A DNA stretch of 54,690 nt from an uncultured euryarchaeote (GCA_937911345.1 CALDPP010000186.1:1-54690), one strand, 5' to 3'; positions 18,552-28,354 are shown, counted from the first letter of the stretch. The notes: a model not told the origin generated them from the sequence alone. Program-made: numbers and translations.

Positions 18552-18585
18552 CTGGTCCTCCTCGGTCCGAATGACCTCGGGCCAG
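18552..18585 (-). promoter_or_regulatory. Structured 5' leader hairpin upstream of top6B
   Basis: CTGG-CCC-GA-GGTC-ATTCG-GACC-GA-GG-AGGA-CCAG on the minus strand. Confidence 0.4.
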
Positions 18586-18654
18586 CAACACATAGTTTCG
18601 ATTACCGACGGTTCATAATAACTAACATAGAAAATCAATCATAAGCACTGGTTA

Positions 18655-19350
18655 TTACCTTGTTTCAACAGTTCGCTCAGGATTGTCAATTATTTGTTTT
18701 CCTTTCACTATCAACAAAATAGTGATTATTATTGACAGTCCAATAATGAAAAAATCAAATGGAGTTCTTGCTGCAGTTTCGATGCCTTTGCTTGTAACTA
18801 TGGTCTGAGAGCCCCACCACGCGTACATTATTGATGGAACAATCATAGCGAAGTTACCAATAATGAAATCTTTGAATCTGATTTTAGTGGCGCCATAAGC
18901 ATAGTTTAGTACTCCATAAGGTATGACCAAACTCACTCTTGTTAGTGCGACAACTTTGGTCCCTTGCTTGGTCATTTCATCTTCTAATCCTTTCAAACTA
19001 GGATAATTTTCCAAAGCCCTCCTGGCATATGGGTTCATCCATTTTTTCCCAAGAAAAAAAGGCGCTACTGCCCCAATCATTGAGCCGAACCAAGCAATAA
19101 TTATGCCTGGACCAAATCCATAAATTACACCGGCCAAGTATTTATGGAAACTTGCAGGTAGTGCCACAATTCCAAAAACAATGTACAACGATATGAAGAT
19201 TGTAATGCCGAATGTTTCATTATCTCCAAACCAGTTTAGATAATCGACGAATAAATTGATCATAACTTGAGTTAATGAAATTGTGATGCCAATACCAACT
19301 ACGACGATAATTGCCGCAATCAAACCAGTACGCTTCTTCATGATTATCAT
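18655..19350 (-). CDS. TVP38/TMEM64 (DedA/VTT) family membrane protein
   Basis: LPAS...AGVIYGF, LTRVSLVIPYGVLNYAYG motif, multiple TM helices. Confidence 0.88.
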   Translation of the reverse strand: MIIMKKRTGLIAAIIVVVGIGITISLTQVMINLFVDYLNWFGDNETFGITIFISLYIVFGIVALPASFHKYLAGVIYGFGPGIIIAWFGSMIGAVAPFFLGKKWMNPYARRALENYPSLKGLEDEMTKQGTKVVALTRVSLVIPYGVLNYAYGATKIRFKDFIIGNFAMIVPSIMYAWWGSQTIVTSKGIETAARTPFDFFIIGLSIIITILLIVKGKQIIDNPERTVETR

Positions 19351-21374
19351 TCAAATAAGCTGTTTTGCCATGATGAAATCTTTCCAGTAAATGCAGACGC
19401 CGCCACTGTCAATGGGCTTGCAAGGTAGAGTTTCCCCGGACCTGATCTTCCTTGGAAATTACGATTAATTGCGGAAACCGTAACTTGCTCAGGAGTAATT
19501 GAAACTCCAGGGCCAGCACCAATACAAGCTCCGCAGCCGGGATCAATCAGCTTTACACCTACTTTGGAGAATAACTCATGCCAACCTTTTCTTACAGCCA
19601 AATCTTTGACCTGTCCAGAGCCATATTGAATGTAGAACTCAACCCCATCTGCGACGGTGAGTCCGGCATCATCAGCGGCTTGGCAAACTTGGGCATAATA
19701 TGCGATATCATCTTCTTTTCCAGCAGTGCAAGAACCACCATAGGCAATATCAATTCTAACATCACCAATTTCCATAATCAAGGCGCCATTTGTCGGGTCA
19801 CTAGGAATACCCTCATCGGGATTTCCCGGATGAGCTACCATCGGCTCAATCGCTGAAAGGTCGATTACGTGTATTCCACCGTCATAGTGAGCGCCCTCAT
19901 CAGGTGATACTGAATTTTCCTTCATTTCCTCCATGGATAAATTTGGCATAGCATTTTTCATCCAATCGTACAGAGCATCATCTGGTTCACAAATACCGGT
20001 TCTTGCCGAGCACTCTGTTGCCATATTACATAGGGTGGCTCGTTCATCAACTGAAAGACTAGATAGTCCACTGCCGCCAAATTCCATTGAACGGTTCAAA
20101 GTGAGTTCTTTACGAGCATGGTCTGCTAAAATGTAGAGTATTACATCTTTCGCAGTGCAGCCGGGATTGAGTTGGCCAATCAATTCAAATCTAATTGATT
20201 CGGGAACTTTTACGAAAGTAAAACCTGCACTGATTAGGTTTGAGTACTCAGTTGCACCAACCCCCCAAGTTAAGGCGTTCGAGGCTCCACCCATGCAAGT
20301 ATGAGAGTCGGTTGCTTGTACAAAATCACCTATCTCGATAAATTCCTCACGAGCAACTTGATGACAAATCCCGGGTGAGACGCCATCAATTGCCGAGTAG
20401 TCTCTAACATTGGTGTGTTTTTGAAATGCCTTTTGTAAATCTCTGAGAGTTTGGACCTTGTCCATGAATGGAACAAACTTAGGATTGTGGTGCGCATACA
20501 GCAAATGATCCTCAAAAACGGCAAACTTACTTGGATTTGGTAGTTGGTAATCATGACCATATTCTTGGCCTAAGAATGTATGAACTTGGGCAGTAGTAAA
20601 TTCGTGTGAATAACCACCTTGGACCTGAGCAATTACTGGGTCATCAGGCTTAACGCATTGCCCTTTTGCTTGACCAACGAGATTTCTAGCAATAATTTTC
20701 TCAGCCATGGTCATGGGTTTTGTTTCAGTATCAATTGGAGGCAAGCTAATATCGCCATTTTTTAGTGCCTTAGCAAATGGAAACAGTCCTCCCTTTTCGA
20801 CAATTATTTTTGTAACTTCATCATACTTATCGGTGAACTCAGACAATAACAACTCCTCACCATTTTGCAATCTCTCTAACATTGCATAATCTCCCATCAA
20901 CTGCCCTAGATTTATGTTATTTCTTTCATGGATTGGAGCGAAGGATGCGGCGATTACAATACGTATACCAGCCCATCTCTCACATTGTGCTGCAGTTTCT
21001 CGACTAGAACCAGTACCCTTTCTTTGGCCTGAAACTATGACTTCAAAATTGCCGTTGATTAGGGCATTTTCATTGAATACTCTAAGCCCATTATGCTTTA
21101 ATCCGGCATAGGCGTTTTTTGCAATTTCTGCTGGCTCGTGGTCAAAACAAACCCATGCTGGAGTCATTACGTCCGTGTTGATATCGTCTAGAAGGTCATC
21201 AGGTTTGATATCACTCATTTCTAGATTCAGACCATCATACAATTGTTGTTTGATCAAATCTAAATTCTTGGTCAAGAATAAAACTCGCTTTCCCGGCGTT
21301 AGGCTGATTTTTTGTTCCCCTCCGCTAACACCCATGGCAATCATTTCGGGCAGGCTTGTTATGTGTATAACCAT
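19347..21374 (-). CDS. Aconitase-family dehydratase, fused small (swivel) plus large subunit
   Basis: N-terminal DDINTD...GTGSSRE...SFAPIHERN (LeuD-like); FEDH, GICHQ, TDSHT, GGSCT, PGCGAC, NRNFQGR (LeuC-like). Confidence 0.9.
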   Translation of the reverse strand: MVIHITSLPEMIAMGVSGGEQKISLTPGKRVLFLTKNLDLIKQQLYDGLNLEMSDIKPDDLLDDINTDVMTPAWVCFDHEPAEIAKNAYAGLKHNGLRVFNENALINGNFEVIVSGQRKGTGSSRETAAQCERWAGIRIVIAASFAPIHERNNINLGQLMGDYAMLERLQNGEELLLSEFTDKYDEVTKIIVEKGGLFPFAKALKNGDISLPPIDTETKPMTMAEKIIARNLVGQAKGQCVKPDDPVIAQVQGGYSHEFTTAQVHTFLGQEYGHDYQLPNPSKFAVFEDHLLYAHHNPKFVPFMDKVQTLRDLQKAFQKHTNVRDYSAIDGVSPGICHQVAREEFIEIGDFVQATDSHTCMGGASNALTWGVGATEYSNLISAGFTFVKVPESIRFELIGQLNPGCTAKDVILYILADHARKELTLNRSMEFGGSGLSSLSVDERATLCNMATECSARTGICEPDDALYDWMKNAMPNLSMEEMKENSVSPDEGAHYDGGIHVIDLSAIEPMVAHPGNPDEGIPSDPTNGALIMEIGDVRIDIAYGGSCTAGKEDDIAYYAQVCQAADDAGLTVADGVEFYIQYGSGQVKDLAVRKGWHELFSKVGVKLIDPGCGACIGAGPGVSITPEQVTVSAINRNFQGRSGPGKLYLASPLTVAASAFTGKISSWQNSLFE

Positions 21375-21538
21375 TCACCCTAATTTGTCATAAAGTATAT
21401 GACGGGGATTAAAATAAAACTCTCGCCAGGTCAAATTTTCCAATTTAGTTAATTGCTTAATTCTGCCATAAGTTTGATATAACCTCGCATAAGGGGTTAA
21501 GAGTGTTGCCCTATTTTTCTGTAGGGGGGGAATGACAA

Positions 21539-22465
21539 ATGGATGAACAACAAGTTGAAGATATTGTAAAGTGCAGTGATTGCGGAAGTAGAAATTTAAC
21601 TCGAGATGAAACTCGAGGTGAGGTCGTCTGTGACGATTGTGGTCTTGTGTTAGAAGATAATGTAATTGATCAAGGCGCAGAATGGCGAGTATTCTCACCA
21701 GAACAAGGTGACCAAAGAGCGAGAACTGGTGCTCCAATGACGGTCATGCTACACGATAAAGGTCTCTCAACAGACATCGATTGGCAAAACAAAGACTATT
21801 CTGGAAAAACCATCAATTCAAGATACCGTTCACAATTCTACCGAATGAGGAAGTGGCAGAAAAGAAGTCGTGTCTCAAATGCAACAGAAAGAAATCTAGC
21901 AATGGCGCTAGCAGAGTTAGACCGAATGGCTAGTAGGCTAGAGTTACCTAAATCTGTGCGTGAAGCTGCTGCGGTAAATTACAAGAAAGCAGTTGACAAG
22001 CGTTTGATTAGAGGGCGTTCAATCGAAGGTGTTGCTGCAGCATCACTGTATGCAGCATGCCGTCAATGTGGAGTCCCTAGAACACTCGATGAAATCGGCC
22101 AAGCATCCCGTACTGGACGAAAGGAAATTGGTAGAACATACCGTTTCATGGTAAGGGAATTGAAGATGAAGATTATGCCGACAGGTCCTGAAGATTATAT
22201 TTCTAGATTCTGTTCAGGACTTGGTCTTGATGCCGAAGTAGAAGCTAAGGCATACGAATTGATCAAGGCTGCTCAAGAAAAAGAATTGACCAGTGGTAGA
22301 GGACCAACAGGTATTGCAGCATCGATTATTTACATCGCATCTGTGCTTTGCGGTAAGCGAAGAACCCAAAGAGAAGTAGCCGAAGTTGCTGGTGTTACTG
22401 AAGTCACTATTAGAAACAGATACAAGGAACTTATTCAAAACTTGAATATTGAACTTGACATCTAA
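21539..22465 (+). CDS. tfb: Transcription initiation factor IIB
   Basis: CxxC...CxxCG Zn ribbon, EWRVF B-reader, two cyclin repeats, [13 protein letters not shown]. Confidence 0.98.
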   Translation: MDEQQVEDIVKCSDCGSRNLTRDETRGEVVCDDCGLVLEDNVIDQGAEWRVFSPEQGDQRARTGAPMTVMLHDKGLSTDIDWQNKDYSGKTINSRYRSQFYRMRKWQKRSRVSNATERNLAMALAELDRMASRLELPKSVREAAAVNYKKAVDKRLIRGRSIEGVAAASLYAACRQCGVPRTLDEIGQASRTGRKEIGRTYRFMVRELKMKIMPTGPEDYISRFCSGLGLDAEVEAKAYELIKAAQEKELTSGRGPTGIAASIIYIASVLCGKRRTQREVAEVAGVTEVTIRNRYKELIQNLNIELDI

Positions 22466-22487
22466 GTTTGTATTTAGGTTGATTTAA

Positions 22488-23966
22488 ATGAGTAAGAGCC
22501 GATCTGAGATTTCTCAGATTGTTTTTGAGAAAGTCGCAACCTTGCTAGTCGAGGCACTAGAACGAGGAACACAATCGTGGCCTCTTCCCCATCCTCCAAT
22601 AAAAGATGCAGATTTCCCAGTAATAGAACCAAATTCGGCACAAGAACTGATAGAACAAGGTCTTGGCTTGTTAAATGTTGACAGGGGTTTGTTCGAATAC
22701 AAACTAAACACGGTAGTTGATTTAGTGGTTCCCCACCGTATGAATTTGACCGATGATCCGTACGAGGTTCACAAGAAATGGTTAGAAAAGCGCGCTGACA
22801 TGGTTGCTGAACGATTGATTTTCTCAATAAACAATGATTGGCTTGCTCAGGCACTCGACCCTCAGGCTCCTGATAGTGTGAGATGGTGGTTGAGTATCGC
22901 GTTGTTGAACGGCCTCTCTGTAGGACCTTTGGGCCAACCGATTCACCAAGGATATCACTTACTCGAGTCGATTGCTATTGGTGAAAGGCCAGGCACATGG
23001 CACACTCAACCTGAGGCTGGGCCTCAAAATGTCGATTGGAATCCGGATGCGATTGTACCCAGAATGACTGGAGTTATTGCTCATGAGTTTGGAATTTTAG
23101 CAGCCAGATGGATGCTCAATGAATTAGAGGTTGGCAATGTCGACAGACGTAGGTTACTCATTGAGTGGATTAGGTTGTTGATGGAGAGGCCAGAATTAAT
23201 TGAACCACTTGGATTGTTTGAGATTCTTACTCGGATGAGTTCGGATACAGATTCACAGGTTGCTGTCCAAATTGCTCGGTGTCTTGCAAAAGCTATCGAT
23301 CACGATAGAACGGTTGGGCATAATTTAGCAAAATTATTGATGGCTAGAGACGATTTAATGGTGCGCCGAGCAATGGCGGATGTGTTAACAAGATTGTTTA
23401 GAAGATTATCAGAAGACGCATTACCATTTTACCACCAACTAAAGGCTGACGAGGACCCTGATGTTCTTGCTGCAGTGAGCACCACATCCTCTGATTTAAG
23501 ATTCTTGGACATGGAAATGTGGGCTGACAATCTGCTAGAATTAAGTAAGCATAGTTTACCAATTGTGCGTAGGAATCTAGTACCCTCCTTGCGGGATTAT
23601 TTTGAGACGTTTCCAGATGACACAAGGAAATTATTACCAATTTTGTGGCAAGATGGAGACGAGGTAGTTAGAACAAGAATGCGTGAACTACTGATAAAAA
23701 TGTCAGATGTTTCTGCAGAACAATTTGCTTCGAGACTTACTGATTTACAATCTCGGGAGTGTGACTTAGCACCCCTATGGCAATTGATGGAAGCTAGAAG
23801 AACAGACTCATCCAACCAATGGAAAGATTGGTTAGATGGCAATGGGGCTATGCCAGAATCGACTCAAAGAAAACAGCATGTGAGTACGATGGAAGAGCCT
23901 GAAGGCTTGCCCGAGTTGACTGATGCATTAGAAACTCTAGACCAAGAATTAGGATTTCTTGATTAA
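22488..23966 (+). CDS. Hypothetical protein with C-terminal HEAT-like repeats
   Basis: Repeats SDTDSQVA, DDLMVRRA, DEDPDVLA, HSLPIVRR, DGDEVVRT. Confidence 0.75.
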   Translation: MSKSRSEISQIVFEKVATLLVEALERGTQSWPLPHPPIKDADFPVIEPNSAQELIEQGLGLLNVDRGLFEYKLNTVVDLVVPHRMNLTDDPYEVHKKWLEKRADMVAERLIFSINNDWLAQALDPQAPDSVRWWLSIALLNGLSVGPLGQPIHQGYHLLESIAIGERPGTWHTQPEAGPQNVDWNPDAIVPRMTGVIAHEFGILAARWMLNELEVGNVDRRRLLIEWIRLLMERPELIEPLGLFEILTRMSSDTDSQVAVQIARCLAKAIDHDRTVGHNLAKLLMARDDLMVRRAMADVLTRLFRRLSEDALPFYHQLKADEDPDVLAAVSTTSSDLRFLDMEMWADNLLELSKHSLPIVRRNLVPSLRDYFETFPDDTRKLLPILWQDGDEVVRTRMRELLIKMSDVSAEQFASRLTDLQSRECDLAPLWQLMEARRTDSSNQWKDWLDGNGAMPESTQRKQHVSTMEEPEGLPELTDALETLDQELGFLD

Positions 23967-24389
23967 TTACTCTTCTTCAGTAATTTTACTCAATGGCCCA
24001 GATACAACCAAACCAACATAGATTGCGTTCAGCATTGAAAGCGATGCAATTAGCAACAGAATCATGCCTGAAGTCTCTGGCAGAGTATCTTTTAAATCAG
24101 AATTATTTATTCCATACACTAACATTATGCAAACTAATGAGAAGCCAAACACCAGCTTCCAACTTTTCTCTGGTTGACGCCATCGATTTATTGATGGAAT
24201 AATTCCGGATTGCCTAAAGGTAAATCTAAACCAACCAATATACAAACAACAAAGACCGCATAAACCGATTAATCCTCTGGTGAATGAACTGGCACCCCAA
24301 GGCCCTTCTGGCGCAAGGTCTACCATGGTTTGTGCGACCATAACCAAGCCAGCAACAGTAACCCACCGCCACTCTGGAACCGTTGCCAT
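23967..24389 (-). CDS. Hypothetical membrane protein (4 TM)
   Basis: Hydrophobic 140-aa ORF with upstream promoter-position box. Confidence 0.75.
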   Translation of the reverse strand: MATVPEWRWVTVAGLVMVAQTMVDLAPEGPWGASSFTRGLIGLCGLCCLYIGWFRFTFRQSGIIPSINRWRQPEKSWKLVFGFSLVCIMLVYGINNSDLKDTLPETSGMILLLIASLSMLNAIYVGLVVSGPLSKITEEE

Positions 24390-24441
24390 GATAACGCCAT
24401 GATGGGTTATGCTTGAAAGGTTGTACCCTTTGGGATTATTA

Positions 24442-25305
24442 ATGACAGTCGTTAACGATGCAGTAATTGTTGCTGCAGGATTAGGTAGTAGGATGCTACC
24501 AACTAGCGCCTATTTGCCCAAGGAGTCACTACCGCTTGTCGATGTGCCGGCATTTTTGCATTTGATTAGAGAAGCAGTAAGAGCAGAGATTACTAGGATT
24601 CACATAATCACTTCACCAAGCAAGGATTTTTCCACTTTTTTAGAGAGTAAAGAAGATTATCATCAACTCAAGCCAGAGATCAGTAAAACACTTTTCTCCT
24701 TGGATGAATCAATAAAATTCTTTGTCCATACACAACATGAACCATTAGGACTAGGTCACGCTATTTTACAATCACTTGGGCATATAGATGGCGCTTATCT
24801 TGTATTACTAGGAGACAACATAATTACCGATAAATTTTCTAGTGTCAAGAAATTTGAACCATCTAATGCTTCTCGAGAATTAATTTCGGTTTTCAACAAA
24901 ACCGGGTTACCTTGTGCAGGAGTTTATTCAGTTTCAAGGGAGGAAGTAAGCAATTATGGAGTGATTGAACTTGATGGAGAAAAAATTTCACAAATAATTG
25001 AAAAACCCAATATTGATGATGCACCATCAGATAAAGTATTGTGCGGTAGGTATGTATTCACCAGCGACAGCAAAGATTTACTCATGACAAAATTCCCTGT
25101 GAGTCAATTTGGTGAGTTCCAAACCATCGAGTTGCAGAAGTATTGGATGAATGGAAATGGATTGATTGCAGTTGATTTGAGTGAATATCAATGGTATGAT
25201 TCTGGCAACCCCCTATCTTGGTTAAAGGCTCAAATTGACTATGGTCTGCGCAATCCTGACTATTCCAACCAACTAAGGCATTGGCTCAGTAGAAGGCTAG
25301 ACTAA
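24442..25305 (+). CDS. Sugar-phosphate nucleotidyltransferase, GalU-like
   Basis: VIVAAGLGSRMLP...PKE, QHEPLGLGHAI, LLGD, YGVI, IEKP, GRYV. Confidence 0.85.
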   Translation: MTVVNDAVIVAAGLGSRMLPTSAYLPKESLPLVDVPAFLHLIREAVRAEITRIHIITSPSKDFSTFLESKEDYHQLKPEISKTLFSLDESIKFFVHTQHEPLGLGHAILQSLGHIDGAYLVLLGDNIITDKFSSVKKFEPSNASRELISVFNKTGLPCAGVYSVSREEVSNYGVIELDGEKISQIIEKPNIDDAPSDKVLCGRYVFTSDSKDLLMTKFPVSQFGEFQTIELQKYWMNGNGLIAVDLSEYQWYDSGNPLSWLKAQIDYGLRNPDYSNQLRHWLSRRLD

Positions 25306-25853
25306 CGTTGACCAGGTTTCCAAAATGTCAACGGTATTGGTAATTGATTGTGTACACAACGATTTGCCAGATGGTCTGCTCGCTCATTCCACCTATGGCC
25401 TCGATGCGCTCTTACATGACGCCACTCAATGGGTCGGATTTGGCTGACCTCGTTCCATAAATTTTGAACAGATTTGACTAAACTTTTGTTGGCTTTTGCT
25501 CGCCAAGCACCAGTTGCTAAGTTTCCAGCATATTGAGAATCTGTATAGATTATCGCACTTTTATCATCACCATCGATTAACAACCAGCGCAACGCCATAG
25601 CAAAGGCGGTTAATTCTGCAGTATTATTTGAGCCAACTTCGGCCCCAATGAAATCCTCATCTGTTGGGTTACAAACAACATGGCCCCACGATTCTTCTAT
25701 TATTTCACCACTGCCTTTTCCTAGCCCGTTATCTCCAATGACAACTGCCATACCCCATGCAGCAGGAGTATCAGCAGTTACATTTTGATTTTCAAGGCAC
25801 GAACCATCAATGTAAAACGCGAGATGTTCATCAGTAGATGTCAAATTGGTCAC
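25302..25853 (-). CDS. rnhA: Ribonuclease HI
   Basis: IDGSC, SNNTAEL, YTDSQY, HVRAH, WNERADHLA: DEDD plus His. Confidence 0.92.
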   Translation of the reverse strand: MTNLTSTDEHLAFYIDGSCLENQNVTADTPAAWGMAVVIGDNGLGKGSGEIIEESWGHVVCNPTDEDFIGAEVGSNNTAELTAFAMALRWLLIDGDDKSAIIYTDSQYAGNLATGAWRAKANKSLVKSVQNLWNEVSQIRPIEWRHVRAHRGHRWNERADHLANRCVHNQLPIPLTFWKPGQR

Positions 25854-26233
25854 TCGCCAATTTCAGCTCTATATCCTGCAGCATCCATTAGAGTAGTAAT
25901 TTGATCAATATTATTGACGGTCATCTTGATAATCCATCCCTCGCCATATGGGCTCGTATTCATAAGTTCAGGTGTATCCTCTAACTCCTCATTGACTTCA
26001 GTGATTTCTCCGGCTAAGGGCGCAAATATTGGAGAGGCAGATTTGACAGATTCAACTACTGCAAACTCACCCATATCATCGACGACCATTCCACTTTCTG
26101 GTAGCTCAATGTAAACAATGTCAGTAAGGGCATTTTGGGCATGGTCAGTAATCCCAATGGTTACTGTATCACCTTCAACTCTTAGCCATTCGTGTTCTTT
26201 TGTATAGTACAGACCTTCTGGAACATCACTCAT
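25850..26233 (-). CDS. gcvH: Glycine cleavage system H protein
   Basis: YTKEHEW, GITDHAQ, VESVK lipoyl-lysine, PYGEGW. Confidence 0.96.
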   Translation of the reverse strand: MSDVPEGLYYTKEHEWLRVEGDTVTIGITDHAQNALTDIVYIELPESGMVVDDMGEFAVVESVKSASPIFAPLAGEITEVNEELEDTPELMNTSPYGEGWIIKMTVNNIDQITTLMDAAGYRAEIGE

Positions 26234-26287
26234 ATTATCGCCTAAACCAATGTAAATGAAGAGGATTCTTGAATATTCGCAACAATA

Positions 26288-26632
26288 CTACTCTTCTTGA
26301 TCAATGATTTCTTCAGCTAAAACCTTACTTTCTAATTCTGCCCATGCGTCTCCTACACGGTTATCTTGAGTAATTTGGTTTAATTCATCACTGACTCTTT
26401 GCTCTAATTGTGATTCGGTTTCGTTGGGAAATATGCTAGTTAGAAATGATGTCTCATAATTAAGTAGTCTTGACATCACCAAACATAACAAGCCAATCAG
26501 GAAAAAGAGGTGACCAAAACTTGGCTGATTGACAATCATGCGTTCTTCAATAATGGCAAAACCACAAATCAAAATTAAACCAAATCCAGTGCCAAGCAGG
26601 ATGCGATTAGCAGCCTTACTTGGTTCGTCCAT
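26288..26632 (-). CDS. Hypothetical membrane protein (2 TM)
   Basis: 114-aa ORF with two hydrophobic helices. Confidence 0.7.
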   Translation of the reverse strand: MDEPSKAANRILLGTGFGLILICGFAIIEERMIVNQPSFGHLFFLIGLLCLVMSRLLNYETSFLTSIFPNETESQLEQRVSDELNQITQDNRVGDAWAELESKVLAEEIIDQEE

Positions 26633-26672
26633 GGTACCGCTAGAAGTATATTAGTGATGAACTAAACGGCTA

Positions 26673-27254
26673 TCAGTAAGTTTCTCTCATCAGTTTATGA
26701 ATCTTGTATGGTAACAATGCTCTATTAACTGGTGTAACTTCTAAGATTCTGCCATCATCTCTACGGCGAATATCTTGAAGTAGCGGATGTCTACTCTTTT
26801 TGTGCAGTGTAAGTAATGTTGGTTTATCAATTTCTAATGCACCTCTAACACAATTAACGAACTTCTCACTTTCTACGGTGAATTTTCCAATTTCATCAAT
26901 GACCAGAACTTCGCTTTCATTCTTAGCATATTCAATTGCTGGTATTGCGACCCTTTCTAACGCCTCTAAATCTAGTCCATAGCCAAGCACTCTTAGCCTA
27001 GAATCAAACTCTTTGTGAGCAATTACTCCTTCTTCCCCAGAAATAATATCAATGACTTTGTAGCCTAGTCTCTCTCCACTTTCAATAATTGGTTCTGTAC
27101 GTAGTCCAGCAATAATTGGTTTGCCACTTGGATTACCTCTAAGTTTGATTTCTTGACTTCTTTCTTCTGTTAGCATTTCTAGAACTTTTTCCATAACTGC
27201 GGATTTACCACTTCTCGGTAGTCCTGTAATCCCAATCTTTGGATGAATTCCCAT
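26673..27254 (-). CDS. NTPase (THEP1/NTPase_1 family)
   Basis: ITGLPRSGKS Walker A, RTE...GERLGY, LVIDEIGK Walker B. Confidence 0.9.
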   Translation of the reverse strand: MGIHPKIGITGLPRSGKSAVMEKVLEMLTEERSQEIKLRGNPSGKPIIAGLRTEPIIESGERLGYKVIDIISGEEGVIAHKEFDSRLRVLGYGLDLEALERVAIPAIEYAKNESEVLVIDEIGKFTVESEKFVNCVRGALEIDKPTLLTLHKKSRHPLLQDIRRRDDGRILEVTPVNRALLPYKIHKLMRETY

Positions 27255-27410
27255 CTATTTCACCAACGCTCGATTATTATCGAATCACTTATCAGTAATA
27301 AAGCATCGTCTTACCTAAGGATAGGAGAATGAATTTGTGATATAGTAAAAATATCTCAAAAAACGCCTATTTTAGAAAATAAATTACCGAAAAAGGGAAT
27401 AAACCCGTTT

Positions 27411-27839
27411 TTATGTTAGGAAATTAGTCGACTTGTTGTAAACACTCCAGTAATCTTCTACCCACTGATAAATTTTGGAGAGTGTTTCGGTATCAACTTC
27501 TGCGATTTCAGCAATTTTTTTGATAATTCGAATTTCTTTTTTATCATATTCTCCATCACAAGCTGAAACCAAGACAGCATCTCGCAATGCCATTTTTTGA
27601 CCTGAATTTGATAGTATTTCCATGCATTTCTCTATCTCTAAAGGGTGATTTAATGTATTCCGTACATCGACTCTCATTTCTGGATGGAGCATTGATTTAC
27701 CCATTAATGATTCAATCATGACAAGTTCTTCTTGAACCAACTCGCCATCGACAGATGCGACTGCTACCATTAATTGTGCATGTGCTAATCGCTCTTCGAT
27801 GGTCAAACCATTAACCATGTCCGGGAACAAAGGTTTCAC
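27411..27839 (-). CDS. TerB-like protein
   Basis: VASVDGELVQEE and SACDGEYDKKE repeated motifs. Confidence 0.82.
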   Translation of the reverse strand: MKPLFPDMVNGLTIEERLAHAQLMVAVASVDGELVQEELVMIESLMGKSMLHPEMRVDVRNTLNHPLEIEKCMEILSNSGQKMALRDAVLVSACDGEYDKKEIRIIKKIAEIAEVDTETLSKIYQWVEDYWSVYNKSTNFLT

Positions 27840-28267
27840 TCCGCTAGATCATTCAAAATATCATAGCCAGACTGCATCCAATTATAACCTTCAACAGTCC
27901 ATTTCAACAACCGTTCTAAAGAGTCATCAGGAAGACCAAGGTGGGCAATGATTTCAGTTAATACTTCCTTTTCGTCATCGTCAACCGTACCATCTGCTGC
28001 CGCCATTAAGACAGCATCTCTCAATGCTAATCGACCAGCTTCATCGCTAAGACCGGCTAGACATTCATCCAAAGGAGGAGGGGTTTTCAAGGCTTGACGA
28101 ATTAATTCACGCTGTTTTGGCGACAACAATGCAGTACCCAGTCGTTGTTCAAACATTGCCATTTCATCGACTGTTAATTCATTATCCACTCTAGCCATGA
28201 AGGCTAATAATCGAGCATATGAGAATCTCTCTTCTCGAGACAACTTGTGAATTGTATCTGGCAGCAT
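27836..28267 (-). CDS. TerB-like protein (tandem paralog)
   Basis: MARVDNELTVDE and AAADGTVDDDE motifs; ALRDAVL shared with neighbour. Confidence 0.82.
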   Translation of the reverse strand: MLPDTIHKLSREERFSYARLLAFMARVDNELTVDEMAMFEQRLGTALLSPKQRELIRQALKTPPPLDECLAGLSDEAGRLALRDAVLMAAADGTVDDDEKEVLTEIIAHLGLPDDSLERLLKWTVEGYNWMQSGYDILNDLAE

Positions 28268-28354
28268 GATACTCCGTGTCGCTCATTAGCCAATAACTTC
28301 TCGCATGAAATAACTCGAAAAATTCGATTTTAGAGATAGTTTCAATATGCCGAT

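Noticed and set aside
27255..27410. AT-rich intergenic stretch as replication origin
   Set aside because: No ORB-like repeats and no cdc6/orc1 nearby; explained by promoter plus terminator
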